The position numbers were made by a program, and so were the translations under genes. A DNA stretch of 63,142 nucleotides, counting the filler, from Candidatus Zapsychrus exili (GTDB taxonomy: Bacteria > Omnitrophota > Gorgyraeia > Zapsychrales > Zapsychraceae), in assembly GCA_030765585.1 (NCBI GenBank). It is 11 parts of 11 records of this genome, joined end to end, with 100 filler letters (N's around TTAATTAATTAA, not from the genome) between each part and the next. Parts side by side here need not be neighbours in the genome. Positions count along the whole stretch, not along the records: positions 21,539 to 24,662 come from JAVCCJ010000030.1; positions 24,763 to 40,398 come from JAVCCJ010000065.1; 9 more parts are not named here. One strand, 5' to 3'. The notes below the pieces were generated by a model that was not told the DNA's origin, did not search any database, and was given only the letters and a program-made list of their open reading frames with translations. Numbering within the stretch: the stretch's first letter is position 1; each line of letters opens with the position of its first letter. Below are positions 21,702 to 32,797 of the stretch, in pieces.

Positions 21702-22574
21702 TTATAATCCAGCCTTTGCATTTAATTCCTCGTACTCAACAGGTATTTGAAAAAAACCTTCCTCTTCAACTTTTTGTTGGCCTATATTACTTAATTCATA
21801 TGCAAGAAAATTCTTTAAATCACCAGTAGGATTACCATTTACATATTGATTTAAGGGACGAGAAATTGGATATTTCCCGCTTTTAACATCTGCAGAATTC
21901 AATGGACTTGCATAAGTTTCACCTACTCTTGAAGCTACTTTTAATACATTTAAGCCCGTTGCTTCTTTTACATAACCAACTCCTACATAACCTATTCCAG
22001 ATTTATCTTGTTTTATGGCTTCAACTATTTGAGCATTTCCATTCATTCTATTCATTTTTTGAGAATAGTCTCCTTTTAATATTGCATCACGGAAAAATAC
22101 AAAAGTCCCAGAATTTGATTGGCGTCCATAAAGAGTAATTGACATACTTGGACCACCAACTTCACTCCAATTAGTAATTTCCCCTCTAAATATTTTTCCA
22201 ATCTCATTTACTGTTAATTGTGTAACAGTACTATTTCCATTAGTAATAACACTTAATCCATCCATAGCAATAACAACACGATTTACACTGACACCATTAT
22301 CTGATGCTTGTGCTACTTCTTTTGATTTCATTAACCTTGATGCATTTGCAATATCACATTTCCCATTAATAAGTGCAGCAACTCCTGTTCCTGATCCTCC
22401 CCCAGTTACAGCAATATATTTTCCAGGGTTAGCTTCCATATAATCTTCGGCTAATCTTTGTACAAGATTAATAAGTGTATCTGATCCTTTAATCTGCAAC
22501 ATTTCCTGTGCACTACTACTATGCGCAAACATCAATGAGCTAATCACCATTATTAACATTAGTAATTTTTTCAT
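21702..22574 (-). CDS. pstS: Phosphate ABC substrate-binding protein
   Basis: IKGSDT, GGGSGTG, RQSNSGT, YPISRPL. Start placed at MKKLL after AAGGAG. Confidence 0.94.
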   Translation of the reverse strand: MKKLLMLIMVISSLMFAHSSSAQEMLQIKGSDTLINLVQRLAEDYMEANPGKYIAVTGGGSGTGVAALINGKCDIANASRLMKSKEVAQASDNGVSVNRVVIAMDGLSVITNGNSTVTQLTVNEIGKIFRGEITNWSEVGGPSMSITLYGRQSNSGTFVFFRDAILKGDYSQKMNRMNGNAQIVEAIKQDKSGIGYVGVGYVKEATGLNVLKVASRVGETYASPLNSADVKSGKYPISRPLNQYVNGNPTGDLKNFLAYELSNIGQQKVEEEGFFQIPVEYEELNAKAGL

Positions 22575-22634
22575 TTTTATTTCTCCTTTTTTATTCAGCA
22601 TTATTTTATTTCTTTTTTAATTATATTATTTATA

Positions 22635-22673
22635 TGTGACAACTTTGTGACAACACTGTTAAATTTCTGTCAA
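22635..22673 (-). promoter_or_regulatory. Pho-box array upstream of pstS
   Basis: Minus-strand hexamers TTGACA, TTAACA, GTCACA and GTCACA at exact 11-bp period (22668, 22657, 22646, 22635). Confidence 0.8.
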
Positions 22674-22678
22674 TTTTT

Positions 22679-23914
22679 CTAGAACTTAAATTCGACATCT
22701 GTTTGAACAATATTCTCACCAATAGTTGGCCCTGTGATGTTCTCCATATAGTAATAATCCAGGCCTAACGTTACATTCTTGGCCAAACCATATGTAAAGA
22801 CAACCTCATGACCCTTAATGCCTGTCTCCCCACCATAAGAATCAGAATCAGGATATGCATCAATCCATGCATCTTTTTCTAAACGACGATACATATATTT
22901 TGCCTGCCATTGACCTGACTTTTTAACTTTCTTAGCTCCAAACTTAATTCCAGCTAAGTAACCATCTCCTTCATTAGCAGGATTTGGGTTATGAACATAC
23001 TGACCAAACATAGCCGCGTAAGGAACAAGCCCACCCAAAGGCTCTTTAATAGATAACTCAATCTCTGGGTTAATAGTGTTATAGTCATACATCAAGTTAC
23101 CGGCTGCATCTAAACTGTTGGTACCCGCGCTATGATCTAAATTACCTTTTCCTTTAAGGCTATTGAATCCATATAAAGCAACAGCCATCTTTAAACTCAT
23201 ACCATCGCCCATGTCCCATTTCATTCCTGGCTGAGCGTAATACATAACAGGATCAGATGTGTCACTGCTTGATTCATCCAAAACAAAAACACCAGTATTT
23301 AAAAATAAATTAACATCATCAGAAGCAGATCTTGTCAAAGCAACTGCCACACCCTCTGGGTTAATGTCACCATCCCACAACAAATCACCTGTCTGCCATA
23401 ACACAGGCTTACGCGTAAATTTACCACCATAAATTGTAGCCCATGATTTTGGCTGATATTGAGCATATGCATAATCCATGCGAATATCCGCTGTTTCAAA
23501 ATTGTTTGTCATTGTCTGATTGGTTGAACGAGGATCTGTCCCTCCTGTTGACAAACCAGCGGCTACCTTAAAATTATCAGCAACATTTGATTCTAGTCCT
23601 AATCTAAAGCGATAACGCCCACGATTACGGTCTTCTGCCCCATCCTTTTTACTCCATTGATGACGCAAACGTAAATCGCCCTTTAACTTCGTGGTTTGAA
23701 TCCACTCTGGCAAATTAGGATGTTTTCCTTGCGCAAGTTCTTCAGCGACTCTCTTTTTGGTTTCATCTCTGACAATTTCAGCTTTAATCGGAGTTAAAAC
23801 TCCTTGCTCGACTAAAACGTCTAACAAAACATCAATTTCTCCTGCATATACATTCGAATTAAAACAAAAACCAAGCATTAGAAACACAACTAAAATCCAT
23901 AAACTTTTTTTCAT
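22679..23914 (-). CDS. Putative outer-membrane porin (phosphate-regulon associated)
   Basis: Signal peptide, KLKGDLRLR, RYRFRLG, STNQT, and a C-terminal FKF. Confidence 0.82.
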   Translation of the reverse strand: MKKSLWILVVFLMLGFCFNSNVYAGEIDVLLDVLVEQGVLTPIKAEIVRDETKKRVAEELAQGKHPNLPEWIQTTKLKGDLRLRHQWSKKDGAEDRNRGRYRFRLGLESNVADNFKVAAGLSTGGTDPRSTNQTMTNNFETADIRMDYAYAQYQPKSWATIYGGKFTRKPVLWQTGDLLWDGDINPEGVAVALTRSASDDVNLFLNTGVFVLDESSSDTSDPVMYYAQPGMKWDMGDGMSLKMAVALYGFNSLKGKGNLDHSAGTNSLDAAGNLMYDYNTINPEIELSIKEPLGGLVPYAAMFGQYVHNPNPANEGDGYLAGIKFGAKKVKKSGQWQAKYMYRRLEKDAWIDAYPDSDSYGGETGIKGHEVVFTYGLAKNVTLGLDYYYMENITGPTIGENIVQTDVEFKF

Positions 23915-23995
23915 CTTTTTCCCTTTCTTTTCAATTTAAAATTATCATTTAAATTTTTAATATTTATTTTTAAAGATTTAATCATAATTAAAATG

Positions 23996-24169
23996 TCATG
24001 AATTCTTGAATCTTGCGATTAACATTCTTTTTCTTTGCATCTTTTCCTCCGTTTTAGTTTTTATATTTGACAAAATCTCGTCAGTAAATCTTTTACAATT
24101 CAAATAATAAAAAATCCCATATGCCGAACCGATAGAAGTTAAAATTAATAAAACAAATATTCGATTCAT
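23996..24169 (-). CDS. Small single-TM hypothetical protein (57 aa)
   Basis: AAAGGAG RBS; a hydrophobic N-terminus followed by a basic tail. Confidence 0.55.
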   Translation of the reverse strand: MNRIFVLLILTSIGSAYGIFYYLNCKRFTDEILSNIKTKTEEKMQRKRMLIARFKNS

Positions 24170-24207
24170 ATTTTTCTCTCCTTTCAATAACAAGATTACA
24201 TTATTGA

Positions 24208-24246
24208 TGTGACAGAAATATTGAGATGGTGTGAAATGTTAGTGAC
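24208..24246 (-). promoter_or_regulatory. Second Pho-box array
   Basis: TGTGAC (24208), TGTGAA (24230) and AGTGAC (24241) in 11-bp register. Confidence 0.6.
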
Positions 24247-24283
24247 TTTTTAAATAATAATATGAGAAGAAACTGAAGGCGTT

Positions 24284-24662
24284 TTATGCCTTAGGGAGGG
24301 TAAAACTAAACGTGGATCCTTGACCTTCTATGCTTTGAACAGATACTTCGCCATTGTGGGCTTGAATAATATGTTTAACAATTGAAAGACCTAAACCAGT
24401 GCCACCTAATTCGCGGGAACGAGCTTTATCTACACGATAAAAACGTTCGAAAAGTCTTGGCAAATCTTTTTGCGGGATTCCTATGCCAGTATCAGTAATA
24501 TCAACCTTTACGGAATCATTTGTTTCGTTGGCTGTTATTAAAATTTCTCCATTAGGATTATTATATTTGATAGCATTATCAATAAGGTTAAGGACAACCT
24601 GTTTTATTCTTGTTTCATCAGCAAGTATGTTTGGTATATTTTGGGGAATGCTAATTGTGAGG
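24284..24662 (-). CDS. phoR: PhoR-like sensor histidine kinase, C-terminal fragment
   Basis: My translation: NLIDNAIKY, DTGIGI, FERFYRVDKARSRELGGTGLGLSIVKH. Not in the ORF track. Confidence 0.85.
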
Positions 24663-24762
24663 NNNNNNNNNNNNNNNNNNNNNNNNNNNNNNNNNNNNNN
24701 NNNNNNTTAATTAATTAANNNNNNNNNNNNNNNNNNNNNNNNNNNNNNNNNNNNNNNNNNNN
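24663..24762. other. Artificial contig spacer
   Basis: N-linker-N. Confidence 0.99.
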
Positions 24763-25625
24763 ACTTCTGGTCTCCAACCTGTTTCTTTCTTTATCTTGTT
24801 ATTGCATCCAACACAATCAAAACTTTTAGAAAAATACGTCCTATCTTCTTTCAGAATGATGTCATCTCGACTTGATAGCTTTAAAAGCTTCTTTAATAGA
24901 TCTCTCATATTATATGAGTTGCCTGAGCAAATATTGTAAATATGACCAGGTTTACCCTTATAAGCTATTAATAATAAAGCCCTACATACATCTTCAATAT
25001 CTAAAAAATCTCTTTGTCCACTTAAATTCTTTGTGCGCAATATCTTTTTTCTTGTTTGCTTCTCTAAAATAGATATTTCTTTAGCAAAATATCCTAAAGA
25101 TAAAGTTGTAGGAGTGCCTTTTCCTGAAACGTTAAAAATCCTTCCAATTGTAACATCAACTCCTTTTTCGATATAAGATGCACTTAATAATGTTTGCATA
25201 TACTTAGTCATGCCATACCAAGAAGAAGGGCTGGGTTTGATAGTCTCTCTAATGCAGCCATTTACCTTATCAACAAAACCATACTCAGCAGCAGAACCTG
25301 GAATTACAACACGCGGTTTATAGCTACCAATACTTGAAATTACGTCTAAAACAGCTTGAGTACTTAATACATTAGAATTGAAAAGTTTAGCTGAATCTCC
25401 TGATATACTACCTGCTAAATGAAAAATATAATGTGGCTTTAATTTAATAAATAAAGCTTTTATTCTTCTTCTATCATGCAAATCGCAAACAAGCATATGT
25501 TTAGAAGATGTTTCTAACTTTAAATCAACTCCGAAAACTTCAAATTTATCTTCTTTCAATATAAGATCTCGGAGTCCATTCCCTAAAAATCCAGATACTC
25601 CCGTTATAAGAACTTTTTTTCTCAT
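24763..25625 (-). CDS. NAD-dependent sugar epimerase/reductase (Rmd-like), 3'-truncated
   Basis: VLITGVSGFLG, GSAAEYG, YGMTK, RDFLDIEDV. Confidence 0.85.
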
Positions 25626-25673
25626 CTATTTATCTTTCATAAATTTATTTTTATCGCTGTCTCTTGAATAATT

Positions 25674-27581
25674 TCAAAGCCTCTTTAACTTAGAATAATA
25701 TGCAAAAGTCATGCCATATATTGTCCATATAGGTATTGCGGTGTATGGCAATTCAAATATCAATAAAAAATTAGCCGCAACAAACCAATTTATTATAATG
25801 GCGCAAAGTAAGATACCTACAAACGACCTATTTATTATAAAAAACTTAACCATCTTAAAAAGAATAGTCAAAATGCTTAATATAAAAATTAGTCCAACTA
25901 AACCAGCTCGATAAATCATATTAAAATAAGAATTGTGAGCTGCCACCCAGCCTTCTCTTGACCACTCACTTTTTCCCCATTCTAACATTTCTAAACTAAT
26001 AGACCTTAAAGGCTTTCCAAAAGAAAATCCAAGCAATGGCTTTTCTTTAAAGAGCTCAACAAACATATCTCTCCAAATAAATATTCTAAAAACCGCATTA
26101 ACACATGCATTATCAAAATCTCTATAGCCAATTTGTTGCTCATCTATGCCAATTGTATAAATATCTTCTACGGCTTCCTCAGACATTTTGGATATAGCTG
26201 CTACCTGCCTTTCTTTCTCCACATTTATCTCTTCTATTTTCTTAGTATAATTTTCAATAAAAGAATCTTCCCTGTAAATATCTTTTACAAACGCGTCTTT
26301 TTCTTTATGCGTATCAAATCCTATAGTACTATTAGTTCCTTCAGATTTTTGTCCTTCGCTTAATTCTGAAGTAGAAACAATACTGTCATCCAAAACATAT
26401 TGACTAACAGACTCATCGTTATTCTTAATCAGATCTACTATTTTATTTTCCATATTAATTGTCTGATTTTTCACTTCTAATACAGCCAACATATCCTGCT
26501 CTGCCATCCGTCCTTCCTTCTCTTTTAAAACAAATTCTTCTTTTCCTTGTATAGCGCTTTCTAACTCAGCTTGTTTTATTTCTAGTTCTCTGTCTTTCTC
26601 TTCTATAACTTTCCTTTTTAAACGCTCATAATGCAGTTTTATATCCTTTTCTTTTCTTTCTTTCCCTATTTGTCCATTTATTTTTACCTGCAAACTACTT
26701 AAATCAGGATTATAGAGTCCAACCTTATCAATATGCTTAACCTCATAGCTATCAATACTCTTTTTAATAATATCTTCATAATTCAAAAAAGTCTGCGTCA
26801 TTTGATCGAAGCTAAATATTGATTTTATTGAAATATTCCTCTCTACCAACTTAACAAAGAAAAAAGATACAAAAATTACAAATGAAATAAAAAGCAACAC
26901 CTTCTTTTTCTTGCTTAACTTTACAAAACAAGACAATGCAACCCCCAGAAATATCATTGCAGCTAAATTACCCAAGATCATCATCCTAGCCATATTTACA
27001 AAACTTGCATATGGAATCACTGCAATAAATCCTGCAAAAGCAGCATACCTAATTAACTTTATTCTAATGCTACCAATTAAGATAAAAACAAGAGCACAAC
27101 AAGTTAAAAGCCAATATGAATCATTCTTAAAAAGAATAATACATAACAATATGCAAAAGAATACAAAAATATTTCTCTTGCTAAAAAAGTCTTTCCTGTA
27201 AAATGAATATCCAAGAACAATAAAAAGAGGATAGTAAAATAATGCAGCATGTCTAAAAGCTAGTGGACCCCAGAAATGATAGCCAATTAAAGCTTTTAGC
27301 ACAACAAAAACTAAATAACAAAGAATAGCTATCTGGGTTTTATTAGAAAACTTAAGCTTAACACCACCCTTTAAAAAGAATAAAATTAAACATATAAAAA
27401 GTACCACTTCTCCTATAAATATTGGAAAACTCAAAAATGAAAACTTTATATTCCACTCTGCAAACTGGCTAGAGAATAATATATATAAGAGAGAAATAGC
27501 TCCAATAAAAAACAAAGCGAACTTGTCTATAAACTCTCCATTAACCTTAAAATCTAACTTTTTAATAACTTTATCTATCAT
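25674..27581 (-). CDS. O-antigen ligase/Wzy_C-family membrane protein with a long charged insertion
   Basis: Many TM helices, FRIFIW, PLLGFSFG, AAHNSY. Confidence 0.78.
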   Translation of the reverse strand: MIDKVIKKLDFKVNGEFIDKFALFFIGAISLLYILFSSQFAEWNIKFSFLSFPIFIGEVVLFICLILFFLKGGVKLKFSNKTQIAILCYLVFVVLKALIGYHFWGPLAFRHAALFYYPLFIVLGYSFYRKDFFSKRNIFVFFCILLCIILFKNDSYWLLTCCALVFILIGSIRIKLIRYAAFAGFIAVIPYASFVNMARMMILGNLAAMIFLGVALSCFVKLSKKKKVLLFISFVIFVSFFFVKLVERNISIKSIFSFDQMTQTFLNYEDIIKKSIDSYEVKHIDKVGLYNPDLSSLQVKINGQIGKERKEKDIKLHYERLKRKVIEEKDRELEIKQAELESAIQGKEEFVLKEKEGRMAEQDMLAVLEVKNQTINMENKIVDLIKNNDESVSQYVLDDSIVSTSELSEGQKSEGTNSTIGFDTHKEKDAFVKDIYREDSFIENYTKKIEEINVEKERQVAAISKMSEEAVEDIYTIGIDEQQIGYRDFDNACVNAVFRIFIWRDMFVELFKEKPLLGFSFGKPLRSISLEMLEWGKSEWSREGWVAAHNSYFNMIYRAGLVGLIFILSILTILFKMVKFFIINRSFVGILLCAIIINWFVAANFLLIFELPYTAIPIWTIYGMTFAYYSKLKRL

Positions 27582-28288
27582 TTAATTGCCAAAAATCCTT
27601 CAAAACATAAATATTTCATTACACTTTTTATATTAAGAAAACCGGCTTTCTCTAATAGCCTTAAATTATCCTTAGATGTAAGTGGCATTAAAACACCTTG
27701 CAAGCTTTTATCTTTGTTTTTAATCTCATCTAAAGAAAACCCTTGGCTCAACTTATAGTTATTATAAATAGAGGTAACTGTCTTTTGAAAATCGGCATCT
27801 TCGAACTTTATTTTCTCAAAAAGCAAAAATGCCCCACCAGAATTCAAACTTTTGTATATACTATTAAAAACTTCTTGGCGTAAATTAGATGGTATAAATT
27901 GCATACAGTAATAAGAAACTATCATGTCTGATTTTTCATATTCAAAATTTAATACATCACCACAAACAAATCCTATATTATCTATGCTATCACAATGCTC
28001 GTATGCATGAGCTATCATCTCTTCTTCTATATCTATACCTATCCATCTGATATTTGGCTTATGCTTATTACATTCAGCTAATTTCCTAATCAACTGTCCA
28101 GTTGAAGTTCCGAGCTCATAGCAAATGCTTTCTGATTTGCAAAAGAAATCGCTTAACGAACATATCAAATCGTGTCCCATATCATAAAGCGGAACAGACT
28201 TTCTTATGTGCTCTACAAATTTATCCGGAACATCTCCTGAGAAACTCCATCCTGAAATTCCTTTTTGTATACCATCGCCTACATTCAT
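27578..28288 (-). CDS. CmoA-like SAM-dependent methyltransferase
   Basis: WSFSGDVPDKFVEHIRKSVPLY, ELGTSTG, QFI, LFEK. Confidence 0.8.
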   Translation of the reverse strand: MNVGDGIQKGISGWSFSGDVPDKFVEHIRKSVPLYDMGHDLICSLSDFFCKSESICYELGTSTGQLIRKLAECNKHKPNIRWIGIDIEEEMIAHAYEHCDSIDNIGFVCGDVLNFEYEKSDMIVSYYCMQFIPSNLRQEVFNSIYKSLNSGGAFLLFEKIKFEDADFQKTVTSIYNNYKLSQGFSLDEIKNKDKSLQGVLMPLTSKDNLRLLEKAGFLNIKSVMKYLCFEGFLAIK

Positions 28289-28307
28289 AAAATTCCTTAA
28301 ATATTAA

Positions 28308-28395
28308 TGTCATTCCTGCGAATACAGGAATCTAATTGTAATTTTTAGAAACAACGTTTTACAAAAACAAGATCCCTGCATTCGCAGGGATAACA
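28308..28395. repeat. Paired REP-like palindromes (GTCATTCCCGCG-type)
   Basis: GTCATTCCTGCGAATACAGGAATC ... GATCCCTGCATTCGCAGGGATAAC; same family as 62138-62246. Confidence 0.75.
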
Positions 28396-28466
28396 AACGT
28401 ATTAAAAACATTAAAAAACTATTAACACCACTTTACGATTTTATCCTTTATCTTCTAACTTATTCC

Positions 28467-29579
28467 TTATACTACTTTAGAAATTCCTAGCTTATAAATA
28501 GCTTTTCTTCTATAAAACCATTCATAAAATTTAATAACAAGATTTAATAATAATTTTCTAAACAAAGTCGATATAAAAAGTGCTGAGAAAATACTTAGAA
28601 TCCCAAATTCTTTAATAGCCGACAAACAAACTTCTCTTGCCTTTATAAAATCTTCTTTTACAAAAAATGAATATATTCTTCTTAAATAAAATGTCTCAGC
28701 TTGTTTTGTTCTCCAACTTTTAATATAAGAATTATCGATATTTAACTCTAGATTTATATTCTTGTACACATAATTATGCACATCTAAAGCTTTAGAAAAT
28801 TCTTCTTCGCTTAGAGCCCCTTCATCATAATGTGCTCTACATAATAGCTCTGCATCACATTCCAATAAGTGAATCTTAGACACAAAACCAATATGCTGAT
28901 TAATAATTTTAGATATCTCAACAACACCTTGACCTCTTCTACCTAATTGAGATGCTGATTCATCATGCCTTCTTACTGCCATAAGAATATCTGGATTACT
29001 TTTAATATTACACCCTTTTCTTATCAGCTCAACCCATAAACCATAATCTGCTGCTATTTTATACTGCTCTTTATAGCCTCCAGCAGAAAGAACAACCTCT
29101 TTCTTCATTAAAGAACTACCATGATTAATTGGAGAATTAATTATAGCCCTCAACAGCACATCTTCTCTTTTTTCAAGAGACATGTGTATCTTCTTTATAT
29201 TATTTTTTACATCTATAGTAACAAGCCCGGAACTTAAAATTACACAATCAGAATTCTTCTTCAAATAAGCAACTTGACTATCAATCCAGTTAGGAAATGC
29301 TATATCATCTGCATCTATACGCGCTATATAATCTCCACTTGCTTTATTAAATCCAATATTTAAAGACTTCGTTTGTCCTATATTAATTTCATTGTTATAA
29401 ATAACAACTCTATTATCATCAAACGACTTAATAACTTCAAGAGAATCATCAGTACTACAGTCATTTATAACCAAAAACTCAAAATCCCTATATGTTTGAT
29501 TAATTACGCTTTTTATAGCAGATCTTAAATACTCTCCACCATTATATACTGTCATCAAGACAGTTATTTTCTCTATCAT
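28467..29579 (-). CDS. GT2 glycosyltransferase
   Basis: ITVLMTVYNG, INDCSTD, ARIDADD, AADY. Confidence 0.93.
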   Translation of the reverse strand: MIEKITVLMTVYNGGEYLRSAIKSVINQTYRDFEFLVINDCSTDDSLEVIKSFDDNRVVIYNNEINIGQTKSLNIGFNKASGDYIARIDADDIAFPNWIDSQVAYLKKNSDCVILSSGLVTIDVKNNIKKIHMSLEKREDVLLRAIINSPINHGSSLMKKEVVLSAGGYKEQYKIAADYGLWVELIRKGCNIKSNPDILMAVRRHDESASQLGRRGQGVVEISKIINQHIGFVSKIHLLECDAELLCRAHYDEGALSEEEFSKALDVHNYVYKNINLELNIDNSYIKSWRTKQAETFYLRRIYSFFVKEDFIKAREVCLSAIKEFGILSIFSALFISTLFRKLLLNLVIKFYEWFYRRKAIYKLGISKVV

Positions 29580-29583
29580 AACT

Positions 29584-31360
29584 TTAAGCAGATATAACTT
29601 CCTTATAACAATTTAAAGCATCCTTGCTTATGCCAACCTTTAAATCATAAGAAAATTCTCTCATATCATTACTTTCTTTAATTACGCCAAAACCGTTCTT
29701 TTCATAAAAGTCTTTTGTCTGGCCATTTTTAGCCGTAGAAAAATACTGCCCCAACACCTTACCTTTGCCTTTTTTCTTGATCAAATTCAAACATTCAGAT
29801 AAAAAGATCTTTTCAGCCTTTCTGCCTAAAACACGACAAGACATTAGAAAAGTATCTAGACATGCCTCTGTTTTATCGTATTTGATTATAGAAACTCCGA
29901 CTACCATATTCTCCGAATTTATCTTTTAAGTTAAGATAAAGAACATCATAATCCTTGTTATCTACAAAACTTTTAATATCTACTTCACTATATCTCTTTG
30001 TTGTTAAATTGAACTGATTAGTTTTCTGAGTCAATTGAGCTACCCTTTGGATCTGAGAATCAGATGCTTTAGAAACCTCTGCAACAAGCTCCAATGAGCT
30101 TAAGAAATCATCTAAATTATCAAACTGTTTTTGAACCTGTTTTCTTTTCGTTTCAGTAACGTACATATTTGTTCTGTTCTTGTCTTCTGAGCTTTTTGCC
30201 AACGAAGCAAATAAACCATCCTTTAGAAGAGCAGTTGAATATTTTGAGAGATCTTCAGGAACTTGTATAACAGCAACATCAGGTATCATCTGTTTTACCA
30301 TCTCACACTCTAAAGGACTATCATCTACAAAAACAAAACTATCTACACCTAAGCTCAATTCTTTTGCAATTGATAATATGTTTTCTGGTTTATTCCCCCA
30401 ATTAATCCTGCAAGCTGACAAGTATTTTCTTTTTATAAGACAATACTTATGGTTATCTAGAACTTCAAAAACGTCCGCTTCATTATTTTTACTGCTTAAT
30501 GCTAAAATTGTTCCGCTGTCCATCAACTTTAGAATATCTTGCTGAAAAGAATAGTATATGTTGCCAGGATACTCATATTTATCTAACTTTATTCCGTCTA
30601 TACCTTCCTCACCTAACACTCCTCCCCATAATGTATTGTCACAATCTAACACAAGGCATTTTTTTACTTTACCTTTAAGCACTTTTATTATATTTACAAT
30701 CTCAGTTGCATATTCTTTTATAAATGCATTTTTAAACAAAGACCTAGCCACATACCACATTCTACGATCTCTTACATTATCTGAACCTATTCTTTGTTCT
30801 ATCTGGTTAAAATCTACTAAGTAAATATTGCTGCTTTCTAAAACTTGTTCTCTTAGCCATAAATTAACTTTAGCTATTATACTTTCGTAGGAATTCCCAT
30901 CTTTAAATGATGCAGCGCCAATATGGTTATAAAGCGGCATAAGAAATGTATTACATAAGATAAGGCTGCTTGAGCGAGTACTTATAGCTTTTATTATTTG
31001 ATCAATACGGTCTACTATATTTCTATAACCAAATTCATTGCTACTAGACGATATAAAATTCTCAAGAACTAAAGATAGCACCACCACATCCGGCTTCGAT
31101 GCATACAACGCTGAGTTATCATCCAGTATTTCTTGCATAAACGCATCATAATCGCCAATTACAGTATCAATATTAAGCTGAGACAATATACCTAAACCTT
31201 TTAAGAACGGTTTTATATTATCAATTGTATGATTTCTTAATACATGAACCTTGGCCTCTTCTAGACCCGAAGAATCATCTTTCTTAAAATCATTTATTGC
31301 TTTCATTAAATGATGCAATGAAGCTTTTTCTATTGAATCTTTTATGCAATTTATATTCAT
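29584..31360 (-). pseudogene. fkbH: FkbH-like protein (HAD-IIIC plus GNAT domain), split by a frameshift near 29903
   Basis: VLDCDNTLWGG, QLTQKTNQFN and KDKFGEYG in one frame; VVGVSII...FLMSCRVLGR in the next frame. Confidence 0.82.
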
Positions 31361-31368
31361 TTTTAAGA

Positions 31369-31614
31369 TTATTTTAATTTTTCATCTATCAACATTGCTG
31401 CGAGTCCAAAATTAAGCATTTCGTTTGACTCCTCTGGAGTAATGCTAAGACCAAACTCTTCTTCGATAGATAAAACTAAATTAAGATGCTGCAAAGAATC
31501 CCACTGTTCTATATCCTCTGGAGATGTTTTATCATTAACGTCTTCTGGATTAACAAAAAATAAATTCTGAAATATTTCTTTAAGCTTATTTTGTATATTT
31601 AGTTCCACGCTCAT
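31369..31614 (-). CDS. Acyl carrier protein
   Basis: WDSLQHLNLVLSIEEEF (phosphopantetheine Ser). Confidence 0.92.
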   Translation of the reverse strand: MSVELNIQNKLKEIFQNLFFVNPEDVNDKTSPEDIEQWDSLQHLNLVLSIEEEFGLSITPEESNEMLNFGLAAMLIDEKLK

Positions 31615-32759
31615 ACTATTGCCGAGCCTCCCGATAAAATTAAATTATGTCCGTTTATATATGAAGCCTGCGGACTACAAAGATAAACAACATTCTCTGC
31701 TATTTCATCAAGACTTGCCAATCTTTTAAGAGGTGTTTGCGCCTCAACTAATTGCTTTGTCCTTTCAGAAACATTTTCAGTCAAATCTGTTCTTAGCATA
31801 TTAGGAGATACCATATTCGCGCAAATATTATGCTTTCCATATTCAACCGCAATAGACTTTGTAATAGCCTCCAACGACTTTTTGTTTACGTTATACGCAG
31901 AAAACCCTGTTGGTGGAACATTTACAATTGAAGTAGATAAAACACTTACAATGCGTCCAAATTTTTGCTCAACCATTTTAGGCAGAAAAACTTTAAGCAA
32001 ATTAAACGGCCCCTTTGCTCCGTAATCGAATGCTTGTTTAAAATCATCTGCTTCTTGTTCCAGTAACGGAACCTGATTTAATTTGTTTACAGCATTAAAG
32101 ACAATTACATCAAGCCCATCTTTTATCTGCTTTGCTAAAGAACTTGCTCCATCCTCTGTTGTCACATCTGCCTTAACCAACTCAATTGTTCCATCAAAAG
32201 CTTCGCATTCTTTTTGAACTTCAAGAGCTTTGTCATCTGAGGTCTTATAATTCAAAAAGACATGCGCACCTTGTTTGGCGAACTTCTTAACTATTTCAGC
32301 ACCCAGACCACGACTAGCCCCTGTTACTAAAACCTTGTATTCTTTTATCTGTTTATTATTCATTTTGTCTTTTTCCTCCAATATTTTTACTCTTCCTTCA
32401 CCTTTTAAAACTACCAATCCCCTTTTGTTCCTTGCCTCAACTTTTACAGTAATTACTTTCTGAGATTCAGATTTACTAACAATCTCTCCATAAAGATCTA
32501 TCTTGTCTCCTACCTTTACAGGTGCTAAAAACTCAAAATTCTGCGACAACCATAGTGCTCCAGGACCTGGCAAATGCATTCCAACAACTGTTGACACAAA
32601 AGATCCAACAATCATACCATGGGCAACTCTTTCTTCGAACTGAGTATTCTTAGCAAAATGGCTATCAACATGGAGGGGATTTAGATCACCTGTTAGGTCT
32701 GTAAATTGACCAATAATCTTTTCATCAACTACAATCTCTATATTACAGTTGTCCCCCAC
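31611..32759 (-). CDS. MaoC-like dehydratase fused to an SDR (FabG-like) reductase
   Basis: TGDLNPLHVD...AHGM, LPGPG; then VTGASRGLG and YNVNK. Confidence 0.88.
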   Translation of the reverse strand: MGDNCNIEIVVDEKIIGQFTDLTGDLNPLHVDSHFAKNTQFEERVAHGMIVGSFVSTVVGMHLPGPGALWLSQNFEFLAPVKVGDKIDLYGEIVSKSESQKVITVKVEARNKRGLVVLKGEGRVKILEEKDKMNNKQIKEYKVLVTGASRGLGAEIVKKFAKQGAHVFLNYKTSDDKALEVQKECEAFDGTIELVKADVTTEDGASSLAKQIKDGLDVIVFNAVNKLNQVPLLEQEADDFKQAFDYGAKGPFNLLKVFLPKMVEQKFGRIVSVLSTSIVNVPPTGFSAYNVNKKSLEAITKSIAVEYGKHNICANMVSPNMLRTDLTENVSERTKQLVEAQTPLKRLASLDEIAENVVYLCSPQASYINGHNLILSGGSAIV

Positions 32760-32797
32760 CTTTATATCTCTTATATCTCTTATAATTTCTCTGGCAT

